Shown here piece after piece: positions 19,574-27,252 of a DNA stretch of 32,000 bases. Where the stretch lies: NCBI RefSeq assembly GCF_000092105.1, contig NC_014148.1, positions 3,360,001 to 3,392,000 on the forward strand, written 5' to 3'. The notes under the pieces are model-generated. The model did not search any database. It was not told where the DNA came from and saw only the letters and a program-made list of their open reading frames with translations. Position numbers and translations under genes: made by a program. The first letter of the stretch is position 1; each line of letters opens with the position of its first letter. The stretch comes from Planctopirus limnophila DSM 3776. Lineage in GTDB: Bacteria; Planctomycetota; Planctomycetia; Planctomycetales; Planctomycetaceae.

Positions 19574-22500
19574 ATGCCCGCCGACACCGAAACACAACTC
19601 CCCCCTCAAGCTGCCAGCCCCCTACCTGTAGTGGATCCTTACCTCCAGGCGCTCCTCTCCCCCCGGGGCGAGGAAGTCCTCCACGCCGTCTGCCAGAAGG
19701 ATCAAATCTGGCGGCACGACAACTTCGATGTCTTCGACATCCACGAGACTGCCCGCCTGCAGTTTGACAACCTCCTTCGCCGCCTAAAGGCCGAAGGAGG
19801 TGCCCCTTACGGCCTGATCCAACTGGTGCTGGGCGAGGCGGGAAGCGGCAAAACGCACCTGCTCCGGTTTTTCAGAAACCACGTTCACTACAGCAACGAT
19901 GGGTTCTGCGGCTATTTGCAGATGACGACGGGCACCCAGAACTATCCACAGTATGTCCTTTCTAATCTCATCGATTCGCTCGACGAGATTTACTTCGAAC
20001 CCGATGGCGACGAGACCGGATTGATGCGGCTCGCCGACGCCGTTGGTCAACAAGTGGAACTGTTCCTCCCCAAAGAAATACAGCGTCTTCGCGAAGACGA
20101 TTTGACCCACGATGAACTGGCCCAGCTGACCAATGAACTGGCCGACGCCCTCCAGTCCCGCCCGGGCAATCGCACGTTGGATGCGGGTGTGATTCGCGCC
20201 CTGCTCTCGCTGATTCCCCGCCATCCCAAAGTCCACACGCGGGTGCTCAAGTACCTCCGCTGCGAGCCGTTCTCCTCGTTCGACGAGAAGATCCTTCCGG
20301 AGATGCCACGTTGGACAGCCGACGATGCACCCACCCACATGATTGCCGCCCTCGGCAAGATCATGCGCCAGCTCACCAACAAGACGCTCGTCATCCTCGT
20401 CGATCAACTCGAGGAGATGGCCAATTTCGACGAAGACCCCGCCCGACTGGAACACCGCTTCCGCCACGCCATGCAGGCGATCTCCTCGCTCGTGGGCGGG
20501 ATTCCCGGCGCGCTCTGTGTCGTGGGCTGTCTCGCCGACCTCTACCACCTCATGGAGCCGCGACTTCCCGCGCCGGTTCTCGCGAGGGTCGCCACCGATC
20601 CCCGCTCGATCCAGCTCATCGCCAGCCGCACCCGCCACGAGGCGAAGCAGATCATCGAGACCCGCCTGAAATCAGTCTACGAACAAGCAGGTCTGGAGAA
20701 CCCCGAAACCATCGCCCCCTTCACGGAAGAATTCATCGACGGCCTCGAAGGACTCACCGCCCGCGACATTCTCTTCGCCTGCCGCGCGTTCCGGGATCGA
20801 CTAGCGACAGGAGAGCCTGTCGAGACGCCACCTCCTCCACCACCACCGGCGATCGCCTGGCCACAGGAATGGAATGACTTCCGCGCACGCCACACGCCCG
20901 TTATCCCGGAAGATGCTGAGCAGCAACTACGCTTGCTGCACTGGGCCATCGAACAATGCACTCTCGAACGACAACCCGCCGCCGAATGGTCGACCGATCT
21001 CCACGACGATTCGTTGCTCATTGGGGCCACCATCGGCGGCGTCACCCGCTCTTCCAAACTTCTGGCTGCGTTCTGCGATGAAAACCCCCAGGGCGGAAAG
21101 CTGCAGAAGCGAATCGAGTCCATCGTCAAACTGGCGGGCGACCAATCGGCGGCCCTCTTGCGGAATACCGCTTTCCCGGCTGTCAAAAAGGGAACCAAGA
21201 TCGGCGAACTGCTCCTCTCGCTCCCCAAGGACAAGTTCAAGCGGATCATCTGGGAAGACAGCCACTGGCGATTCCTCACCACTCTTCGCGCCTTCCACGA
21301 GCAGCATTCCATCCAGGGCCAGTATCTGGAATGGCGCACTTCCAGCCGCCCATTGAACGACGTGAAGCCTTTGGTCGATCTCCTCAACCTCGACCAGATT
21401 CCGCTGACTCCCACACCTCCGAAAATCAAGCCTCTTCCACCGGAGCCGCCAATCCCACCCGCTGCGAAGTCGCCAGTCCCACCGGCAACCAAAACGCCGT
21501 TCGAAATACCCCTGGGTTTTACCCAAGGTTTGCGACAAACTCCGGTCGTGCTCAACTCTGAAATCTTCAAAAGGCATGCGGCATTCGTTGGTGGTGCCGG
21601 GAGTGGCAAGACAACGCTCGCCCTCAATGTCATCGAGCAACTATTGCTCGCCGGCATCCCGGCAATCCTCATTGATCGCAAGGGTGATCTCGCCACCTAT
21701 GCTTCGGACGATTGGGGCACGCCCAACGAACCCGCCCTCCTCAAACGGGCCACTATCCTCAAGAAGCAACTCGACATCCGCGTCTACACCCCCGGCGACC
21801 CCACCGGCCATAACCTCCTGTTGCCGCTGATTCCCGAAGGCGTGGGGCAGATGCCGGACAATGAGCGTGAAGCCGCTCTGGAAGCAACGACAGCCAGCCT
21901 GTTGAAAATGCTCGGCTGCTCAGAAAACCAATTCAGGGAGTACCAGCCGATCCTGTTGACTGCACTGCAGGTGATCCTTGATACCACACAGGGCGAAGTC
22001 ACGTTGGAGTGGCTGGAAGAGGTGATCGGCAAGAAGGATCAGGAACTGGTCAAACATCACCGCTGGACACAACCCACGGTCTATCTGAAACTCGCCAGGG
22101 CACTCAGCGACCTGCGAATCACCCGCAGGTTGCTCCTCTCCACAGAGGGAACACCGCTCAACATCCCCCGGATGCTCTCCCCCACTGCCGATGGCCGTAC
22201 ACCCTTGTCGATCATCAGCCTCAAGTCGCTGGTCGATATGTCGGCCATCCAGTTCTGGATGTCGCGGTTCCTCATGACTCTGGGGCGCCACGTCAGTGCC
22301 ACACCCTCAGCGACATTACAGGCGGTGATCCTCCTCGACGAGGCCGATATCTACGTCCCCGCAACCAGCAAACCCTCCACCAAGGAGCCGCTGTTGAACC
22401 TGCTCAAGCGGGCTCGCTCCGGCGGACTGGGCGTCTTCCTGGCCACACAAACCCCGGGTGATCTCGATTCCACTTGCCGCAGCAACTGTGCCACCTGGGC

Positions 22501-22726
22501 CATCGGTCGGCTCAACGACAATGTGTCGATCAACAAAGTGAAATCCATGTTCAGCGACACGCCGCAACTTCTGGATCGCGTTGCGCAGCAAGGTCAGGGC
22601 GAATTCGCCCTGGCCTCCGATGGCCTGACGACCCAGTTCAAAGGCGACCGCAGCGCCATGAACACCCGCCAGCTCTCCGAACAGGAAATCTTGACCCTGG
22701 CCCGCGCGAACCGAAGCGTCGAATAA
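19574..22726 (+). CDS. 1050-aa double P-loop NTPase: N-terminal AAA/ORC-like ATPase module, central unknown module, C-terminal HerA/FtsK-superfamily (DUF87/DUF853-like) ATPase module
   Basis: Walker A no. 1 is LVLGEAGSGKTHLL (nt 19832-19858), with Walker B-like TLVILVDQLEE. Walker A no. 2 is AAFVGGAGSGKTTLAL (nt 21590-21616), followed by PAILIDRKGD, Walker B AVILLDEADIYVP (about nt 22325-22350) and GVFLATQTPGDLD (HerA/FtsK hhhhTQRPxxh-like). Poly-Pro linkers sit at about nt 20827-20849 and 21401-21500. Confidence 0.85.
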   Translation: MPADTETQLPPQAASPLPVVDPYLQALLSPRGEEVLHAVCQKDQIWRHDNFDVFDIHETARLQFDNLLRRLKAEGGAPYGLIQLVLGEAGSGKTHLLRFFRNHVHYSNDGFCGYLQMTTGTQNYPQYVLSNLIDSLDEIYFEPDGDETGLMRLADAVGQQVELFLPKEIQRLREDDLTHDELAQLTNELADALQSRPGNRTLDAGVIRALLSLIPRHPKVHTRVLKYLRCEPFSSFDEKILPEMPRWTADDAPTHMIAALGKIMRQLTNKTLVILVDQLEEMANFDEDPARLEHRFRHAMQAISSLVGGIPGALCVVGCLADLYHLMEPRLPAPVLARVATDPRSIQLIASRTRHEAKQIIETRLKSVYEQAGLENPETIAPFTEEFIDGLEGLTARDILFACRAFRDRLATGEPVETPPPPPPPAIAWPQEWNDFRARHTPVIPEDAEQQLRLLHWAIEQCTLERQPAAEWSTDLHDDSLLIGATIGGVTRSSKLLAAFCDENPQGGKLQKRIESIVKLAGDQSAALLRNTAFPAVKKGTKIGELLLSLPKDKFKRIIWEDSHWRFLTTLRAFHEQHSIQGQYLEWRTSSRPLNDVKPLVDLLNLDQIPLTPTPPKIKPLPPEPPIPPAAKSPVPPATKTPFEIPLGFTQGLRQTPVVLNSEIFKRHAAFVGGAGSGKTTLALNVIEQLLLAGIPAILIDRKGDLATYASDDWGTPNEPALLKRATILKKQLDIRVYTPGDPTGHNLLLPLIPEGVGQMPDNEREAALEATTASLLKMLGCSENQFREYQPILLTALQVILDTTQGEVTLEWLEEVIGKKDQELVKHHRWTQPTVYLKLARALSDLRITRRLLLSTEGTPLNIPRMLSPTADGRTPLSIISLKSLVDMSAIQFWMSRFLMTLGRHVSATPSATLQAVILLDEADIYVPATSKPSTKEPLLNLLKRARSGGLGVFLATQTPGDLDSTCRSNCATWAIGRLNDNVSINKVKSMFSDTPQLLDRVAQQGQGEFALASDGLTTQFKGDRSAMNTRQLSEQEILTLARANRSVE

Positions 22727-22789
22727 TCTGCAAACGGTACCAGTTTGTATTGAGGCAACAGATTTTGTTAAGGGGAGGCCTGTGTTAAA

Positions 22790-22822
22790 GGGTGGCTGGG
22801 GTTGAGTCTTCGAACCCCCAGC
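22790..22822 (+). repeat. REP-like palindromic element, copy 1 (GGGTGGCTGGGGTTGAGTCTTCGAACCCCCAGC)
   Basis: Its exact reverse complement is present at 23593-23625. It contains an internal hairpin CTGGGGTT...AACCCC(C)AG. Confidence 0.8.
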
Positions 22823-22850
22823 ACTTTTTGCTCGTATAGAAGTGTTTTGG

Positions 22851-22888
22851 GGGTCGCTGGGGTTGAGCGTCCTCGCGAACCCCCCGGC
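22851..22888 (+). repeat. REP-like element, diverged copy 2 in direct orientation (GGGTCGCTGGGGTTGAGCGTCCTCGCGAACCCCCCGGC)
   Basis: Shares GTGTT-(A/T)3-GGG..GCTGGGGTTGAG...CGAACCCCC with copy 1, about 60 nt downstream of it. It has the same hairpin potential. Confidence 0.65.
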
Positions 22889-22932
22889 TCTTGTTGCTAG
22901 TGAAAAACGGCGCTTCATTGAAGTCATCGAAT

Positions 22933-23580
22933 ATGCCACGTCGATCAAAACTACCATCGAAAGTATTTGATACGAATCAGATTGCGATTTCTGCTCCCTC
23001 CGAGAGTGAGCCCTCCAGGATGTCAATTCCTCATCGGCGCAATTACAACCTGCCGGGCCATGCCCACGAACTGACATTTTCATGCTATCTCGGTTTTCCA
23101 TTTCTCAAATCGGAAAGAGCCTGTCGATGGCTGGCGGAATCGCTTCACGAGGCACTTTGTCGGCATGATTATTCACTCTGGGCCTATGTCTTGATGCCGG
23201 AACACGCTCATGTCGTGGTGTGCCCAAGACAGAAAGCCTATCGCATTGAAGAGTTTCGAAAGTCCGTTAAGGAACCGGTTGCCCGTCATGCGATTCGATG
23301 GCTTGAACATCATGCTGTCGAGTGGATTCCCAGGATCACGCGAACTCGTGGCGCAAAAACGGAGCGATTGTTCTGGCAGTCAGGTGGCGGGTATGACCGG
23401 AACATCACGGAAAGTAAAACATTGTTACGAATGATCGATTACATTCACCTCAATCCGGTACGTCGTGGGCTTGTCGAGCGGGCGGCGGACTGGGAATGGT
23501 CAAGTGCGGCTTGGCATGCAGAAGGAAAGCCGTCGCCCATTCGAGTGGATGCAATCCCGCCGGAATGGCTTTGTCAATGA
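22933..23580 (+). CDS. REP-associated tyrosine transposase (IS200/IS605-like Y1 HUH transposase, PF01797-type)
   Basis: HUH motif in LMPEHAHVVVCP. The C-terminal catalytic-Tyr block is IDYIHLNPVRRGLVERAADWEWSS (the YIhxNPV..GLV signature of RAYTs). Start uncertain (TTG 22891, ATG 22933, ATG 23020). Confidence 0.85.
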   Translation: MPRRSKLPSKVFDTNQIAISAPSESEPSRMSIPHRRNYNLPGHAHELTFSCYLGFPFLKSERACRWLAESLHEALCRHDYSLWAYVLMPEHAHVVVCPRQKAYRIEEFRKSVKEPVARHAIRWLEHHAVEWIPRITRTRGAKTERLFWQSGGGYDRNITESKTLLRMIDYIHLNPVRRGLVERAADWEWSSAAWHAEGKPSPIRVDAIPPEWLCQ

Positions 23581-23592
23581 TTGTTGTCAAGA

Positions 23593-23625
23593 GCTGGGGG
23601 TTCGAAGACTCAACCCCAGCCACCC
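23593..23625 (-). repeat. REP-like palindromic element, copy 3 (perfect inverted copy of copy 1)
   Basis: GCTGGGGGTTCGAAGACTCAACCCCAGCCACCC is the exact reverse complement of 22790-22822. It starts 12 nt after the RAYT stop codon. Confidence 0.8.
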
Positions 23626-23731
23626 GTCATTAACTTACCACAGGCCGTACTTGGCTTGGAGGAGACAGGTGGATTCGGCCCCTTTTGAGCACATGATCTT
23701 CGGAGAACGGCGACGGGTGTGATTGCCATAA

Positions 23732-24178
23732 TTATGGGATGCCATCCGGATAGACGACCGACACCATGGCACAGATTGCCAGCTTTCCCGACCTTTGATT
23801 GCAACCTGGGCATATTGCTGTCTTTTGCCCTTCTATCTCCAATTCGAGCAATGTTTGGCAACGAGGGCATGGGATCTCGGGCAATTCAACCTTAACGGGC
23901 GCATACCACGGACCATTAGAAACCATGCCTGAGATTGCTTCACAGACATGTCTTGCAAAACGAGACCGCGTTAAAAACTCCTCGTTTGACCGCAGCCATC
24001 GTACCCAGGCATTGCGGTCGATTGACTGCACACAATGAAGCTCAAGCATGCACTGGGGGCACCATAGCGACCTGAGATTGTCCTTTTGGTAGTCGATTGG
24101 ACCGATGCGATAAGTCAGCGAGATGGTCTCCCATCGATGGCCGCATGACTCGCAATCTCCTTGGATCTCGGCGGGCAT
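23732..24178 (-). CDS. Hypothetical double zinc-ribbon protein (four CxxC pairs)
   Basis: The ORF carries CESC...CPQC and CPRC...CPGC, i.e. two Cys4 ribbon-like units. ATG at 24178; the track ORF starts at TTG 24235. No other recognisable motif. Confidence 0.5.
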   Translation of the reverse strand: MPAEIQGDCESCGHRWETISLTYRIGPIDYQKDNLRSLWCPQCMLELHCVQSIDRNAWVRWLRSNEEFLTRSRFARHVCEAISGMVSNGPWYAPVKVELPEIPCPRCQTLLELEIEGQKTAICPGCNQRSGKLAICAMVSVVYPDGIP

Positions 24179-24316
24179 CGTCCTGGCTCCCAGCGATCGA
24201 GGTTCCTGTGGCAGAACTCCTGTTTCCCATATCAAACTGTATGAAAAGTACCCGACGGCATTCGTCCGTCAATCTCAACAGCTCCAGTCGGCCTTGTCCC
24301 GTTTCTACAGGTTCAA

Positions 24317-25411
24317 TCACGTCTCGATCGTCACAGATTCAAATCCCATCTGGCCAACCTTCTCTCGGATGCGGGCTTTGACCTGTTCGACCTCTTCGAA
24401 GGTCGCTGGCGAACAGGTCACGCGCATCGTCAGCACATGCCGCTCACCATCGAGTGTCCACGCATGGAGATTTTCGACCTTCTGGACACCTGCTATCGAT
24501 TGCACCATCAACTCCAGCGCTTTCGCATCCATCCCTTCCGGGAGTGCCTGCAAAAACAACTCGCCCACTCGCCACAGATTTCGGCTCACATTCCACAACA
24601 CGAAGACCGCCAGACCAATGGCCAGCAGTGGATCGAGGAGCGGAACATGCCAGATCGACATGATCGCACCACCCACCAGCACTGCGGCCCAACCGAGTGT
24701 ATCTTCCCACAAGTGCCAACTCGCCACCTGCTCATTGAGTGTCATCCCTCCATGCAGTCGCCAGGCAGCAAACCCATTAAATGCCAATCCTAAAATCGCG
24801 ATCAGCACCACCTTCTCGCCTGCCACAGGTTGTGGATCCCACAATCGCTGTACCGATTCTCCCGTCACATAAATCAACCCGAAGATCAGCACGATGCCAG
24901 TGAGAAAGGCCCCCAAAGGCGACAATCGCCCCATCCCATAGGTGAACCGCAGACTTCGTGGTTGCCGTGAAATGATCTGCAGCCACCACGCGAGGCCCAG
25001 CGACAGGCAATCACCCAGGTCATGCACGGCATCTGTCGTAATCGCAATGCTGTTCGTCCAGTAACCCCCTGCAAACTCGATGATCGTAAACAGCAGGTTC
25101 AACCCAAACGCAATCCCCAGATTGATACTGGCCCCATGAGCATGGAGATGCCCGTGCCCATGCCCGTGCCCATGACCATGACCATGACCACACGAACGAA
25201 CCGGCACGGTTGGCAGCCCCTGCTGCACAGCACCTGACCGATGGTCATGCCGGTGACCATGGTCATGATCGTGGTCGTGATCATGTCCACAACCAGCCGA
25301 TTCACAATGGTCAGCAGGAGAGTTTGGCTGGTTGTGGACTTCAGGTTTATTCAACAACGCGAACCATCCCCTCACATGGCGAACATCCCGGCAACAGGTA
25401 CCCCATCGCAC
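24317..25411 (-). CDS. Cation diffusion facilitator (CDF) family divalent-metal efflux transporter (CzcD/ZitB-like) with His-rich N-terminal extension
   Basis: Six predicted TM segments. CDF motifs SIAITTDAVHDLGD (TM2 HxxxD) and WHLWEDTLGW (TM5). C-terminal cytoplasmic domain HAWTLDGERHVLTMRV. N-terminal tracts HDHDHDHDHGHRHDH and GHGHGHGHGHGHGHLHAHG. GTG start at 25411 is uncertain. Confidence 0.9.
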   Translation of the reverse strand: MRWGTCCRDVRHVRGWFALLNKPEVHNQPNSPADHCESAGCGHDHDHDHDHGHRHDHRSGAVQQGLPTVPVRSCGHGHGHGHGHGHGHLHAHGASINLGIAFGLNLLFTIIEFAGGYWTNSIAITTDAVHDLGDCLSLGLAWWLQIISRQPRSLRFTYGMGRLSPLGAFLTGIVLIFGLIYVTGESVQRLWDPQPVAGEKVVLIAILGLAFNGFAAWRLHGGMTLNEQVASWHLWEDTLGWAAVLVGGAIMSIWHVPLLDPLLAIGLAVFVLWNVSRNLWRVGELFLQALPEGMDAKALELMVQSIAGVQKVENLHAWTLDGERHVLTMRVTCSPATFEEVEQVKARIREKVGQMGFESVTIET

Positions 25412-25427
25412 TCATCCCCACGGCCTA

Positions 25428-26288
25428 TCAATCGATCAACGTACCCCAGCCCAATCGCTGATCGGTCTTCCAGGGATCTCCACCGCCATTCTTCCCCTGG
25501 GCTTGAGGTTGAAAATCATCCACATATTGAATCGCCTCAATCTGCTTGGCCTTGAGCATGGAATTCAACAGCCCATCTCGCTCACCATCGACATCAGGAC
25601 TGATATGGTGGGTGATCTCTTCCGTCGTATGGCTCAATCCCACCCGCTCATCGAATGTCACACTCCCGATCCAAAAGAGTCTGCCCTGATCGTCTTTTTC
25701 TTCACAGCGCCACAATCGCACATGATGCCGCTGGCGGGCACTCTCTCCCACGGGCAATTCAAAGGCGAGATCCTGCTTACGGCCGAACAGGTACAAACTG
25801 CTCACCGGAGCGACAGCATCCGGACGGTCAAGCACAGTGCTCTCGGCAATCCCCACGCTCGATTTCAGATCAATCTTCTCAGCTTCTGTCCAGCCGATGG
25901 CATGAAAAGCTTTGATTAACTGCTCTTCACTCCCCACAAAACCCACATTCAACGGATCACCGGGAATTCCGAGCTTGGTGTGTGTGAGCGTGGGGGCATT
26001 CGTCAAAGCCGGATGCCGCTTCTCATACCGCCGCCACCCCATGGGCAAAATGACGTAAGCCACAGCCAGATAACCCACGAGCACGACAATCAGCCCGTAG
26101 CGCAACGTCGAAAGCCACTCCCGTCGGCCACCAGCGGGGTGCCTGAGTTTCTCAGAATCGACAGGATGACCCACTTCCTGGCTGACCATGGCCCACCTTT
26201 CAAATCGTCCGGAACTCGCTCTACGACATATCGAACAGCTCAATTTCATCACACGAGCCGCATCGTTGCCCAACATTGAGGACAGCAT
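25428..26288 (-). CDS. LssY-like C-terminal domain membrane protein
   Basis: N-terminal TM helix (YGLIVVLVGYLAVAYVILP) followed by PLNVGFVGSEEQLIKAFHAIGW...SLYLFGRKQDLAFE...RHHVRLW...WIGSVTFD, which matches my recollection of the LssY_C (PF14067) pattern. Alternative ATG at 26189. It ends 17 nt upstream of the CDF gene start. Confidence 0.55.
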   Translation of the reverse strand: MLSSMLGNDAARVMKLSCSICRRASSGRFERWAMVSQEVGHPVDSEKLRHPAGGRREWLSTLRYGLIVVLVGYLAVAYVILPMGWRRYEKRHPALTNAPTLTHTKLGIPGDPLNVGFVGSEEQLIKAFHAIGWTEAEKIDLKSSVGIAESTVLDRPDAVAPVSSLYLFGRKQDLAFELPVGESARQRHHVRLWRCEEKDDQGRLFWIGSVTFDERVGLSHTTEEITHHISPDVDGERDGLLNSMLKAKQIEAIQYVDDFQPQAQGKNGGGDPWKTDQRLGWGTLID

Positions 26289-26444
26289 GTCCTACTCTAG
26301 GAGTCAATTGACTGGAAAAAGCCGTGCAGTGACTTAATTTTTCGATCTTCAGGGCCGCAAATCCCGCATCGACCGAAGTCTCGTTATTCTTCAGTCGCGT
26401 TCACGACCCAAACTGGCCCCTGGAAACGTCTTCGTCGCACTGTC

Positions 26445-27206
26445 TCAGGCATTCCACTCGGGAGTGCGATATCTGTCTCGCGCCAACTGGGCCGTCAGAT
26501 CATAAGGGGGCACAAAGTGCTCATCTTCATGAGCATTCCAGGCAGTGGCAATTGCAGCAGTGAGCTGTTCGCGCGTCGCCGCCAAGTTCATGACAAACTC
26601 ATCATGGCTGCGACCGACTCGATAGTCGGGCTGCCGAGAGGGCATGTTCAGATAGCGACTGATTCTTGGCAGATCAAATCCATACAAAATCGAACCATGG
26701 TGCAACAGCGCATGCCGACTGTACTTCTGGGCGTTCCCGGAAAACTTCCGCTCACCAATGACCAGATCACTCGTCCCTTTGATCTGCACATCACCCACCA
26801 TGGGCCGTAATTGCTTGACGATTCTTCCCAATAACTGACAGGTTGTCGCCGGTACTCCCAGCTTGGAGATCTCTGCCGTAAGTGGCACCACGACCGTGAA
26901 CATCAGGCAGCCCGGGCCAGCCACAACAGTCCCACCTCCACTGCAGCGCCGAAAGATCTCCACCCCATCAGCAGCACAGGCTTCGGCATTAACCTCTTTC
27001 TCACGCGAGTTGGAACGCCCCAGAATGACGGCGTACCGGCGCAGTTCCCAGAACCGCATACAGGCCGCTTCCGGCTCATCGTTCACTGTCAGCAGCAGTG
27101 CTTCGTCAAAGGCCAGATTGTCCGGAGCTGTCGGCAACGAATAATCAATCCGATCCACTTCTGCCGGCCAGAGATCCAGCAGTCGCGTGCAAATATCCTC
27201 CGCCAT
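26445..27206 (-). CDS. Lipoate-protein ligase / octanoyltransferase family protein, second paralogue (catalytic domain only)
   Basis: AFDEALLL...MRFWELRRYAVILGRS...IFRRCSGGGTVVAGPG...GERKFSGNAQKYSRHALLHHGSILY has the same LplA-family blocks as the 10187-10933 gene. Confidence 0.75.
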   Translation of the reverse strand: MAEDICTRLLDLWPAEVDRIDYSLPTAPDNLAFDEALLLTVNDEPEAACMRFWELRRYAVILGRSNSREKEVNAEACAADGVEIFRRCSGGGTVVAGPGCLMFTVVVPLTAEISKLGVPATTCQLLGRIVKQLRPMVGDVQIKGTSDLVIGERKFSGNAQKYSRHALLHHGSILYGFDLPRISRYLNMPSRQPDYRVGRSHDEFVMNLAATREQLTAAIATAWNAHEDEHFVPPYDLTAQLARDRYRTPEWNA

Positions 27207-27252
27207 GTGGCTGGTCTCTCACGAGGGAAATCATCTTTCTCACGTAGCAAGT

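Larger units (their letters stand above)
22790..23625 (+). mobile_element. RAYT-type (REP-associated tyrosine transposase) unit: Y1/HUH transposase gene bracketed by inverted REP-like elements
   Basis: A 33-bp perfect inverted repeat (22790-22822 versus 23593-25) flanks a single HUH/Y1 transposase ORF. See the component features. Confidence 0.75.

Noticed and set aside
18676-19767. 363-aa + strand ORF overlapping gene A out of frame and running into gene B. Similar long ORFs occur at 19784-20638 (-), 20677-21696 (-) and 22316-23101 (-).
   Set aside because: Their translations are Arg/Pro/Ser/Gly-rich strings with no motifs. That is typical of alternative frames in GC-rich coding DNA. The in-frame genes A and B have protein-like composition and clear NTPase motifs.
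22731-22747. Hairpin CAAAC-GGTACCA-GTTTG directly after the gene B stop, considered as an intrinsic terminator.
   Set aside because: The stem is only 5 bp, AT-rich, and has no clear U-tract. It is too weak to call. The REP hairpins downstream are more likely to act as 3'-end structures.
23596-23620. GGGGGTTCGAAGACTCAACCCC resembles a tRNA T-arm (GGTTCGAA), raising the possibility of a tRNA or tRNA fragment as an integration site.
   Set aside because: The flanks show no acceptor, D or anticodon arm. The same sequence is simply the hairpin core of the REP-like repeat, present three times.
24123-24872. 249-aa + strand ORF antisense to the CDF and Zn-ribbon genes.
   Set aside because: It has no motifs and overlaps a confidently identified CDF transporter on the other strand. 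It is probably a shadow ORF.
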